Shown here: piece after piece, positions 34,026 through 42,353 of the stretch
Position numbering within the stretch: position 1 is the first letter of the stretch
Layout: the number at the start of each line of letters is the position of its first letter
Source: Pseudomonas sp.
Lineage (GTDB): Bacteria; Pseudomonadota; Gammaproteobacteria; Pseudomonadales; Pseudomonadaceae
Direction of reading: 5' to 3'
DNA length: 64,000 nt
Assembly: GCF_041601375.1 (NCBI RefSeq)
Contig: NZ_JBFIIG010000002.1
Span: forward strand, 11,046 to 75,045
Notes under the pieces: generated by a model
The model's database searches: none
The model's input: only the letters and a program-made list of their open reading frames with translations
Told to the model about the DNA's origin: nothing
Position numbers and translations under genes: made by a program

Positions 34026-34063
34026 ACTCTAGGCCAGGGCTACTGACAGCCTGGTGTCAGTAG
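34026..34063 (-). promoter_or_regulatory. Putative WYL operator plus -10 element for the VOC gene
   Basis: Perfect IR CTACTGACA-N6-TGTCAGTAG (34040-34063); on the minus strand TGTCAG-N11-TAGAGT. Confidence 0.7.
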
Positions 34064-34196
34064 GGTCTGTCTGCTCCGGATTGCTGCACGGCTGTGTTGC
34101 GATGGCTCGTTGCTGGGGCGTCGAGGCGCATGTCGAAGCGCGGTTTTCGGCACTAAATTAAACGAATTCAGTTACTTATAAGTTGCTTGAGGCAGC

Positions 34197-34212
34197 TGGC
34201 GTAAAGCTTGCA
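34197..34212 (+). promoter_or_regulatory. Sigma54 (-24/-12) promoter
   Basis: TGGCGTAAAGCTTGCA (GG-N10-GC), preceded by an AT-rich IHF-like tract ATTCAGTTACTTA. Confidence 0.82.
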
Positions 34213-34233
34213 AATGAGCTGGCAACACAACGA

Positions 34234-34323
34234 CTGTGCCAATGGCGGTGCAGGGTTGACAGACAAAGACGTCGTGACCGGTGCAGGCAAGCTCGCCTGC
34301 GCTCCGGCCGCGGCGTTTTTTTT
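34234..34323 (+). promoter_or_regulatory. ANTAR (NasT-type) antitermination leader RNA
   Basis: Hairpin 1 CTGTGCC-AATGGC-GGTGCAG; hairpin 2 GAC-AAAGAC-GTC; overlapping terminator GACGTCGTGACCGG...CCGGCCGCGGCG plus T8. Confidence 0.8.
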
Positions 34324-34373
34324 CGGCTCAACCTCGCGCCTGCCGAACAGGCGGTGCGCGGAGGAGGACGCAG

Positions 34374-36377
34374 ATGCTGCTCGATCGTGTCACCGCCATT
34401 TCATCCGCTGCATCCCCTATTGCGCTGCCCATGGCCGCGCCGGCACCCGCCGTTGCGCCCTTGATCATCGTCGGCGCCGGCCCGGTAGGCGTGCGTTGCG
34501 CCCAGGAATTGCTGCGTCGTGGCTATCCCGGCCAGGTCCTGCTGTTCGGCGACGAGCCCTGGGCGCCCTATGACCGGGTGCGCCTGAGCGCCTTGCTGGC
34601 CGGCGAGGTCGACCTGGAAGGCATCACCACCCCGGGTCTGCCAGGCCAGTTGAGCAGTCATCTGGGTTGCCGGGTCAGCCATATCGAGCCGCTGAGCAAG
34701 TATGTGGAAGATGCTCAGGGCCGGCGTTTCCACTATTCCCGGCTGATTCTCGCCACCGGCTCGCGCGCGCATATCCCCGAGGTGCCTGGGGTCGATTTAT
34801 CCGGCGTTTTCGTGTTTCGCGATCTGGGCGATACCGTCGCCTTGCTTGCCCGCACCGCGCGCAGCCGTCATTGCGTGGTGGTCGGCGGCGGCCTGCTCGG
34901 CCTGGAAGCGGCGCGGGCGATGCAGCGCGGCAATACCCAGGTGACCCTGGTGCAGCAGGCGCCGCGCCTGATGAACCGGCAACTGGACGAGCCTGCTGCC
35001 GAGCTGTTGCTGCGCCAGGTGCGCGAGCTGGGTATCGAGGTGCTGCTCGCTGCCGGCCTGGGCGGTGTGCTCGGTGCCGGGCGGGTCAGTGGCGTGCGCC
35101 TGCGCGACGGCCGCGAACTGGCCTGCGATACGGTGCTGCTGGCTACCGGCATCCGGCCCAATATCGAACTGGCGCTGGCGGCGCAATTGCGGGTCGGCCA
35201 TGGCGTTGTGGTCGACGATGAACTGCTGACTTCCCACGCCGACATCCATGCCATCGGCGAATGCGCCGAGCACCGTGGCCTGACTTACGGCCTGGTCGCG
35301 CCGGGCTTCGAGCAGGCCGCGGTGCTGGCCGCGCGGCTGACCGGCGAAACGGCGCATTACCGTGGCTCGTTGCAGGCGACCCAGCTCAAGGTCGCCGGCT
35401 TGCCGGTGTTCAGCGCCGGCGAAGTGGTCGAGCCGCTTAAGCGCATCAACCAGCGCGAATACAGTTACAACGACCCGCAGCAGGGCGGCTACCGCAAGTT
35501 GCTGGTGCACCGTGGCCGCCTGCTCGGCGCCCTGGCGGTGGGCGAGTGTGCGGAGAGCCGGCGCTGGCTGGATGCCCTGCAGCAAGGGCGGCGCATCGGC
35601 CCGCTGATGCTCTGGCGCTTTCGCCGCGAGGGCCGTTTGTGGCCGGCGGCCAGCGAGCAGGTCGCGCAGTGGCCAACGAACACCGTGGTTTGCCAGTGCA
35701 TGGGCGTGCAACGCGGCCAGCTCAGCGCCTGCATTGTCGCCGGCGCCACGGATATCGCGACGCTCGGGCAGCAATGCGGTGCCGGTACGGTATGCGGCGG
35801 CTGCAAGCCGTTGCTGCAGAACCTCTTGGGCGACAGTGCGCCGCGCCAGGCCGAGCGCGGTGCTGCGGGGCTGGCGCTGGGCGGTGGCCTGGCCGTGGCC
35901 GCGGTGTTGGCCGTTAGCCAATTGCCGGCCCTGGCTGCGCCGACTTCGGTATTGCAGGCGGGCCTCAGCTGGCTGTGGCAGGACGGCTTCTGGCGTCAGG
36001 TCAGCGGCTTCTCGCTGCTCGGTCTGGCCCTGCTCGGCCTGCTGATGTCACTGCGCAAGCGCCTGCCGAAATTGCCCCTCGGCGCCTTCGCCAACTGGCG
36101 CCTGCTGCATGTGGCCCTCGGCGTGCTGGCCCTGGCGCTGCTGGTGCTGCACACCGGCTTGGACCACGGACAGAACCTCAATCGCTGGCTGCTATTCGAT
36201 TTCCTTCTGCTGCTTGGCGTTGGCGGCCTGGCGTCGGCTTTGCTCGCGGTCGAACACAAATTACCGCCGGCCCTGGCCCGGCGCGCTCGGCAGCTGTTGC
36301 TGTGGGGTCACATTGTCGCGGTCTGGCCATGGCCGGCGCTGCTCGGCGTACATGTGCTGTCGGTTTATTACTTTTAA
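34374..36377 (+). CDS. NirB-like FAD/NAD(P)H oxidoreductase with BFD-like [2Fe-2S] domain fused to a predicted di-heme b membrane domain
   Basis: GAGPVG, PYDRVRLS, LATGS, GGGLLGLE, IGECAEH; CQC...CGGC; C-terminal TM helices with two His pairs 14 residues apart. Confidence 0.85.
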   Translation: MLLDRVTAISSAASPIALPMAAPAPAVAPLIIVGAGPVGVRCAQELLRRGYPGQVLLFGDEPWAPYDRVRLSALLAGEVDLEGITTPGLPGQLSSHLGCRVSHIEPLSKYVEDAQGRRFHYSRLILATGSRAHIPEVPGVDLSGVFVFRDLGDTVALLARTARSRHCVVVGGGLLGLEAARAMQRGNTQVTLVQQAPRLMNRQLDEPAAELLLRQVRELGIEVLLAAGLGGVLGAGRVSGVRLRDGRELACDTVLLATGIRPNIELALAAQLRVGHGVVVDDELLTSHADIHAIGECAEHRGLTYGLVAPGFEQAAVLAARLTGETAHYRGSLQATQLKVAGLPVFSAGEVVEPLKRINQREYSYNDPQQGGYRKLLVHRGRLLGALAVGECAESRRWLDALQQGRRIGPLMLWRFRREGRLWPAASEQVAQWPTNTVVCQCMGVQRGQLSACIVAGATDIATLGQQCGAGTVCGGCKPLLQNLLGDSAPRQAERGAAGLALGGGLAVAAVLAVSQLPALAAPTSVLQAGLSWLWQDGFWRQVSGFSLLGLALLGLLMSLRKRLPKLPLGAFANWRLLHVALGVLALALLVLHTGLDHGQNLNRWLLFDFLLLLGVGGLASALLAVEHKLPPALARRARQLLLWGHIVAVWPWPALLGVHVLSVYYF

Positions 36378-36386
36378 GGACGGGCG

Positions 36387-37715
36387 ATGAAGTACGCAAT
36401 CTGGGCGCTTTGGTTGTCGACCCTGCTGGCTGTGGCCGGTTGGTACGGCTATCGCCTGTATGCCGGCGAGGATCTGCAAGCCTTCAATCCGGGGCCGCTG
36501 TCGGCCGGTCATCATCAACTGGAGCAGGCTTGCGGCGCCTGTCATGTCAGTCCATTGGGCGGCGGCGAGGTGCTGCAGAAGGCCTGCGTCAATTGCCACG
36601 GCGACGAACTGAAAGCCACCCGTGACGCCCACCCGCAAAGCAAATTCACCGATCCGCGCAACGCCGACCGCCTGGCCCATCTGGACGCGCGCTACTGCCT
36701 GGCCTGCCATGTCGAGCATGCGCCCGAGCGCACCCGGCCGATGGCGGTGACCCAGCCCGATGACTTCTGCGTGCACTGCCATGCCGAGATCGCCGAGGAC
36801 CGCCCCAGTCACCAGGGTATGGCGTTCGATACTTGCGCCAGCGCCGGCTGCCACAACTACCACGACAACCGCGCGCTCTACGAAGACTTCCTGGTCAAGG
36901 GCGCCGACCAGCCGCTGCTGCTGGAAATCGCCCGCATCGCCGCGCCGGCGCCGTTGGCGGATAAGCATCCGGATTGGCAGAAGCCGGCCGAGGTGCCGCT
37001 GCCCGATGCGCCGCGTGAGCAACTGAACGCCGAAGCGGTCGCCGACTGGCTGGCCAGCGGCCATGCCGAAGCCGGGGTCAATTGCAGCGGCTGCCACCAA
37101 CCCCAGGGCGTCGCCTGGCAAGCCAAGCCGGCGTTGGCAACCTGTCAGGGCTGCCATGCCGGTGAGGCCCAGGGCTTTTTTGCCGGCAAGCACGGTATGC
37201 GCTTGAATCCCCAACTGCCGGTCAAATTGACGCCGATGCGCCCGGAGCAGGGCTTGCTGGCGTTTGCCGCCGAGAGCGCCGGGCATGAACTGAGCTGCAG
37301 CAGCTGCCATGGCGCGCACAGGGTCGACCGGGTGGTAGCGGCCGTCGAGGCCTGCCTCGGCTGCCATGCCGACCAGCACTCGCTGGCTTATCAAGGCTCG
37401 CCTCACCAGCGGCTCTGGCAAGCCGAACAGCGCGGCGAGCTGCCGCCGGGTAGCGGGGTGAGTTGCGCCAGTTGCCATCTGCCGCGCGAGACCGCCGAGG
37501 TGCACGGCCAGGAGCTCCGCTTGGTGCAGCACAACCAGAACGCCAACCTGCGTCCCAACGAAAAAATGCTGCGCGGCGTCTGCCTCGACTGTCACGGGCT
37601 GCCCTTCGCCCTCGATGCCCTGGCCGACCCGCTGTTGCTCAAGAACAACTTCCGAGGCGCGCCTGCGCAACATGTCCCCAGTGTGGACATGGCGCTGGAG
37701 CGTGCCCGGCGATGA
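36387..37715 (+). CDS. Multiheme c-type cytochrome (10 CxxCH + 1 Cx4CH)
   Basis: N-terminal signal/anchor; CGACH, CVNCH, CLACH, CVHCH, CASAGCH, CSGCH, CQGCH, CSSCH, CLGCH, CASCH, CLDCH. Confidence 0.93.
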   Translation: MKYAIWALWLSTLLAVAGWYGYRLYAGEDLQAFNPGPLSAGHHQLEQACGACHVSPLGGGEVLQKACVNCHGDELKATRDAHPQSKFTDPRNADRLAHLDARYCLACHVEHAPERTRPMAVTQPDDFCVHCHAEIAEDRPSHQGMAFDTCASAGCHNYHDNRALYEDFLVKGADQPLLLEIARIAAPAPLADKHPDWQKPAEVPLPDAPREQLNAEAVADWLASGHAEAGVNCSGCHQPQGVAWQAKPALATCQGCHAGEAQGFFAGKHGMRLNPQLPVKLTPMRPEQGLLAFAAESAGHELSCSSCHGAHRVDRVVAAVEACLGCHADQHSLAYQGSPHQRLWQAEQRGELPPGSGVSCASCHLPRETAEVHGQELRLVQHNQNANLRPNEKMLRGVCLDCHGLPFALDALADPLLLKNNFRGAPAQHVPSVDMALERARR

Positions 37716-37765
37716 GTAGCACAGATGCCTCTGCCAACCTAAAAAAACCTGATAGGGAGAACACC

Positions 37766-38341
37766 ATGCACACGACTCTACGACCCATGCTCGCCGTCGC
37801 CGTTACCGCCGGCCTGCTGACTATCACCGGTTGCCAGGAAAGCAAACCGAGCGGCTTCAGCCCGCAGCAACTCACCGACATGCTGCATCTGGTGATGGAA
37901 TCCGACCGCGCCGTCTACACCAAACAGGTGGTCAATCGCCTGAAGGATGAGGGCGTGATCAAGCCCAGCGAACACTTCATCGACGACAAGGCCCTGCCGT
38001 TGCCGGCGCAGATGTTCCGCTTCGGCGCCGAAGCGGTGGCGGCCAAGACCGACGCCTTCAGCTATTCGCTGCAGTCACTGTGGCCGATCAACAAGCAGAA
38101 CGCGCCGCGCACCGAGGCCGAGAAGATTGGCCTGCAGTTCATCATCGATAACCCGGGGCAGAACTACTACACCGAGGAAAAACTCGGCGAGCAGAGCTAC
38201 TTCACCGCCGTCTACCCCGACGCCGCCGTGGCGCCGGTGTGCGCCTCCTGTCACAACGAACACAAAGACAGCCCGCGTACCGACTTCAAGCTCGGCGACG
38301 TGTTGGGCGGGGTGGTGATCCGTGTCCCGCTGGGCGGTTAG
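37766..38341 (+). CDS. Tll0287-like/DUF3365 monoheme c lipoprotein
   Basis: Lipobox ITGC; LPLPAQ, SLWPINKQNAP, CASCHN, GDVLGGVVIRVPL; GGGAG RBS. Confidence 0.82.
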   Translation: MHTTLRPMLAVAVTAGLLTITGCQESKPSGFSPQQLTDMLHLVMESDRAVYTKQVVNRLKDEGVIKPSEHFIDDKALPLPAQMFRFGAEAVAAKTDAFSYSLQSLWPINKQNAPRTEAEKIGLQFIIDNPGQNYYTEEKLGEQSYFTAVYPDAAVAPVCASCHNEHKDSPRTDFKLGDVLGGVVIRVPLGG

Positions 38342-38657
38342 TGCGGGGCTGGCCGGCAGCCTGCTGCTGGCCGGTTGCGGCGAGAGCCCGGAGCAGGCCG
38401 AGCTGAGACTCGGCCAACAGATATGGCAGGGCACCTGCAAGGTCTGTCACCTCAACGGCCTCGGCGGTGCGCCGGCCAAGGGCAATCGCAAGGCCTGGGC
38501 GCCGCGCATCGAGCAAGGCATGGAGGTGCTGATCGGCCATGCGCTGAATGGCTTCGAGGGTGCCGAGGGCAGCATGCCGGCGCGCGGTGGTAACGCCGCG
38601 CTGAGCGATCCGCAGGTGGCCGCCGCGGTGAAATATATGGTGTCGCAGAGCCGCTAG
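38322..38657 (+). CDS. Cytochrome c5 family lipoprotein
   Basis: LLAGC lipobox, CKVCH..G..GAP, WAPRI, HALNG, MPARGG. Confidence 0.88.
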   Translation: MSRWAVSAGLAGSLLLAGCGESPEQAELRLGQQIWQGTCKVCHLNGLGGAPAKGNRKAWAPRIEQGMEVLIGHALNGFEGAEGSMPARGGNAALSDPQVAAAVKYMVSQSR

Positions 38658-38690
38658 AGCGCTGCCACCACAACTTGAGAGGATCTAACT

Positions 38691-39107
38691 ATGACCCCGA
38701 AACAGATCGAGCTGGTGCAAGGCAGCTTCGCCAAGGTGGCACCGATTGCCGACGAGGCCGCGGCGCTGTTCTACCACAACCTGTTCACCGCCGACCCGAG
38801 CCTCAAGCCCTTGTTCAAGGGCGATATGCTGGCCCAGGGCAAGAAGCTGATGCAGATGATCGGCGTGGCCGTGGACAAGCTGAACGAGCTGGAGGTGCTG
38901 GTGCCGGTACTGCAGCGCCTCGGCGCAGGCCATGTCGACTACGGCGTGGAAGACAGCCACTACGCCACCGTCGGCACTGCCTTGCTGAAAACCCTCGGCC
39001 AGGGCCTGGGCGATGCCTTTACCGAGGAAGTGGAGCAGGCCTGGACCAGCGCCTACGGGCTGATGGCCAACACCATGATCGCCGCGGCGAACAAGACCAC
39101 CGCTTGA
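38691..39107 (+). CDS. Single-domain globin (flavohemoglobin-type globin domain)
   Basis: LVQGSF, LFY (B10 Tyr), PLF (CD1), AQG (E7 Gln), GHVDYGV (F8 His), AWTSAY. Confidence 0.93.
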   Translation: MTPKQIELVQGSFAKVAPIADEAAALFYHNLFTADPSLKPLFKGDMLAQGKKLMQMIGVAVDKLNELEVLVPVLQRLGAGHVDYGVEDSHYATVGTALLKTLGQGLGDAFTEEVEQAWTSAYGLMANTMIAAANKTTA

Positions 39108-39112
39108 GAAGC

Positions 39113-39140
39113 ACCGGGGCGCCGCCCGGCGTCCCGGTTA
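39113..39140 (+). terminator. Hairpin closing the cytochrome/globin operon
   Basis: ACCGGGGCGCC-GCCC-GGCGTCCCGGT; weak U tract. Confidence 0.45.
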
Positions 39141-39236
39141 TGTCGGTTGGCTGCGCGCCGCCCACCGCGCCTGGCGCTTGCAGCTTGCAGGGCGACGTTT
39201 AAGATGGTCGCCCCATCACCCTGCAGAGCCCGCTCC

Positions 39237-40316
39237 ATGCGCCCCCTAGTCGCCACCATCGATCTGTCCGCCATTCGTCATAACTACGCTGTGGCCAAGC
39301 GCTGTGCGCCCGGTCGCCAAGCCTTTGCGGTGGTCAAGGCGAACGCCTACGGGCATGGCCTGGGCGAGGTGGTGACGGCGCTGCATGAGGTGGCCGATGG
39401 TTTCGCCGTGGCCAGCCTGGAGGAGGCCGCCGAGGTGCGCGCGCTACATGACGAGGCACGCATCCTGTTGCTCGAAGGTTGTTTTGAGGCGGCCGAGTAC
39501 CCGCTCGCCGCGCAACTCGGCCTGGACCTGGTGCTGCACAGCGAGCAGCAGCTCGCGCAGTTGCTCGCCGCCAGCCTCAGCCGGCCGCTGAATACCTGGC
39601 TGAAGCTGGACAGCGGCATGCACCGCCTGGGCCTCGACGAGGCGGCGTTGCGCGCCTGTCACAGCCGTTTGCAGGGGGCGGCGCAAGTCGCCGAAGTGAA
39701 CCTGATAAGCCATTTCGCCTGCGCCGACGAGCGCGGCCATGAGCAGAGCGAGCGGCAGCTGGAGGCTTTTCTCGATCTGCTCGACCTCGATTTCGCCCAG
39801 CGTTCGCTGGCCAATTCGGCGGCCATCCTGACCATTCCCGCGGCCCATATGGATTGGCTACGGCCGGGCATCATGCTCTACGGCGCCACGCCATTCGCCG
39901 AGTTGAGCGCCGCGGAGCTGGGCCTCGAACCGGCCATGACCCTGAGCGCGCAACTGATCGCGATTCACCAAGTGGCGGCCGATGACAGCGTGGGTTATGG
40001 CGCCGCTTGGCGCGCCGAGCGGCCGTCGCGTATCGGCACGGTCAGCTGCGGTTATGCCGATGGCTACCCGCGCCATGCGCCGAGCGGCACACCGCTGCTG
40101 GTGCGCGACCAGCGCGTGCCCTTGGCGGGGCGGGTGTCGATGGACATGCTGACGGTGGACCTGACCGACCTGCCGGCCGCGCAAATCGGCGACGAAGTGC
40201 AGCTGTGGGGCGCGCAGTTGCCGGTGGATGAGGTGGCCCGGGCGGCCGGCACCATCGGTTACGAGTTGCTGACCAAGGTGACCCGGCGCGTGCCGCGGCG
40301 TTATCGCAATGCCTGA
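39237..40316 (+). CDS. alr: Alanine racemase
   Basis: AVVKANAYGHG (PLP lysine), KLDSGMHRLG, RPGIMLYG, GYADG, GRVSMDM. Confidence 0.96.
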   Translation: MRPLVATIDLSAIRHNYAVAKRCAPGRQAFAVVKANAYGHGLGEVVTALHEVADGFAVASLEEAAEVRALHDEARILLLEGCFEAAEYPLAAQLGLDLVLHSEQQLAQLLAASLSRPLNTWLKLDSGMHRLGLDEAALRACHSRLQGAAQVAEVNLISHFACADERGHEQSERQLEAFLDLLDLDFAQRSLANSAAILTIPAAHMDWLRPGIMLYGATPFAELSAAELGLEPAMTLSAQLIAIHQVAADDSVGYGAAWRAERPSRIGTVSCGYADGYPRHAPSGTPLLVRDQRVPLAGRVSMDMLTVDLTDLPAAQIGDEVQLWGAQLPVDEVARAAGTIGYELLTKVTRRVPRRYRNA

Positions 40317-40430
40317 GATCTTGTGAAAAAACGCTCGCCTACTGCGATCGCCTCCAGACGCACGCTACGGTGTTGCGCTGCGATCGCCTGCAGACGCTCC
40401 CGCGACGGCGCTCGATATTGCCACGGCCTT
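40317..40430. mobile_element. Family A MITE (degenerate)
   Basis: GATCTTGTGAAAA...ATATTGCCACGGCCTT flanked by TGA (alr stop) and TGA (40431-40433). Confidence 0.75.
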
Positions 40431-40436
40431 TGAATG

Positions 40437-42353
40437 CTAGAGGCCGCTGTTGACCTTGATCACGTCGAGTTGCAGGCGTGCACTGTCGCTCAGTTCGCCG
40501 TCGTCGCCGCAGACCGACGCGCCCGAGCGACCGCCTGCCTTGACCTTGTACAGCGCCTCGTCGGCCGCCTTGTAGAGGCCGGTGAAATGACTGGCATGTT
40601 GCGGGTAGAGGGCCGCGCCGATGCTGATGGTCACCAGCAGCCGTTCGGCGCCATAGAGTACCGGCTGGGCCAGTTCGGCGAGCAGGCGCGCGGCAATCTC
40701 GCGGGCGTGCCGTTCGGCCTCGTCGCCGCAGATCAGCACGGCGAACTCATCGCCGCCCAGGCGCGCCACGCTATCGCCGCTGCGCACATGCTCGCGCAGG
40801 CGCTGGGCAATCACCTGCAGCATCAGGTCGCCGGCATCATGGCCGAAGCGGTCGTTGATCGGCTTGAAGTGGTCGAGGTCGATCAGCAGCAAGACCACGC
40901 TTTCTCCGTGGCGCTCGGCTTGGGCCAGGGCGGTTCCGGTACGTTCGACCAGATAGCGGCGGTTCGGCAGCTCGGTCAGCGGATCGTGGAAGGCGGCATG
41001 TTGCAGTTCCAGTTCGCGTTGCAGCAACCGCTGGTTGGTCGCTTCCAGCTCGGCGGTGCGTTGCTCCACCGCGCGTTGCAGCTCGTCGGCGTTGCTCTGG
41101 GCCAGCGCCAGGCGCGCGGTTTTCTCGCGGTCGGCTTGTCTTAGCGCTGCGGCCTTCTCCTGTTTGAGCACCTGGATGCGGTAGGCCAGGGCGAAGGAGA
41201 ACAGGATGGTTTCTGCTGCGACCGACAATGGGAACAGGTAGGCGGTGAAGTTGTACGGCTCGATCAGCCCGGCCGCGCGCATCACCAGCACCACTGTGCT
41301 GCTGAGGACGGCGCCGTAGCCGAGCAGGTAGAAGCGCGCCGGGAAGAAACCCTGGTAGCAGCGCAGGCCGGCACTGAACAGGGCGGTTGGCACCGTGACC
41401 AGCGGGGTCAGGGCGATCAGCAGGGCACCTTCGGCGCGATAGCCGAAGGCGTTGATCGCGATGGCGATGACATAGAGCACGCAGCCGGCATTCAGCAGGC
41501 GATGCGACCAGAGCAAGCCGCGTTTGGTGTAGAGCAGCTCCTGGGTGAAGCGCATGACGAAGATGCCCCAGAGTGAGGGCAGGGTGATGCGGTCCAGCCA
41601 GAAGGGCACGGCATTGTCGGGCCACAGGTACTGGAAGCCGTGACCGGTCATGCTGAGGATGAACACCAGCACGCAGGCGGTGGCCAGCACGTACCAGAGA
41701 TAGGCCTTGTCGCGCAGGGCGATCAGGATGAACAGATTGTAGAGCAGCAGCGCCAGGATCATCCCGTAGACCAGGCCGAAGCCGATATTCTCGTTGCTGG
41801 CCTGTTGCTCGAGGTCGCCGAGCTGCCAGATGGTCAGCGGGAAGGAGTTGCCGGCGGGGTCGAGGCTGCGGAAGTACAGGGTCAGGGGTTCTTCACCCAA
41901 CTCGGGCAGTTTGAACAGCATGCGCCTATAGGCGTAGTCGCGGCCCTCGGCGTAGGGCACCGCTGTGCCCGTTGCCCGGGTGTGCCAGCCACCCCGGCCG
42001 TCGGGCAGGTAGAGTTGCAGGTTGAAGATGGTGATGCCGGCGTTTTCCAGCCACCACTGGCTGGGTGTGCCCCGGCCGCGTTGCAGGGTGACCTTGATCC
42101 ACCAGGGATGGCGGCTCTGGCCGACGGTGGCACGGCCATTCGCCGGCTGAAAGCGGCTTTGCACGGCCGGATCCGCCATGTCGGCGATGCTCAGCCGAGC
42201 GCCCGTGTCCTCCAGCAGCTCGATCTGACCGTTGAGCATGTGCCCGCTGCTGGCGCTGTCGAGCAGGATGGTTGCCGCACTGGCCGCGGCGGGCAGGCAG
42301 GTCAGGCTCAACAGTAGAATGAATGAGGAGACTATCCGCTGCACTGCATGCAC
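40437..42353 (-). CDS. 7TMR-DISM sensor diguanylate cyclase (NicD/PA4929-like by position)
   Basis: Signal peptide, periplasmic DISMED2-like domain, 7 [19 protein letters not shown]; start could also be GTG 42344. Confidence 0.9.
   Translation of the reverse strand: MHAVQRIVSSFILLLSLTCLPAAASAATILLDSASSGHMLNGQIELLEDTGARLSIADMADPAVQSRFQPANGRATVGQSRHPWWIKVTLQRGRGTPSQWWLENAGITIFNLQLYLPDGRGGWHTRATGTAVPYAEGRDYAYRRMLFKLPELGEEPLTLYFRSLDPAGNSFPLTIWQLGDLEQQASNENIGFGLVYGMILALLLYNLFILIALRDKAYLWYVLATACVLVFILSMTGHGFQYLWPDNAVPFWLDRITLPSLWGIFVMRFTQELLYTKRGLLWSHRLLNAGCVLYVIAIAINAFGYRAEGALLIALTPLVTVPTALFSAGLRCYQGFFPARFYLLGYGAVLSSTVVLVMRAAGLIEPYNFTAYLFPLSVAAETILFSFALAYRIQVLKQEKAAALRQADREKTARLALAQSNADELQRAVEQRTAELEATNQRLLQRELELQHAAFHDPLTELPNRRYLVERTGTALAQAERHGESVVLLLIDLDHFKPINDRFGHDAGDLMLQVIAQRLREHVRSGDSVARLGGDEFAVLICGDEAERHAREIAARLLAELAQPVLYGAERLLVTISIGAALYPQHASHFTGLYKAADEALYKVKAGGRSGASVCGDDGELSDSARLQLDVIKVNSGL

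Noticed and set aside
34374-36377. Calling this gene nirB/nasD
   Set aside because: The siroheme/4Fe-4S catalytic domain is absent and replaced by a membrane domain
36387-37715. Calling the multiheme protein nrfA or hao
   Set aside because: No CxxCK motif; heme count and spacing differ and no P460-position heme is evident
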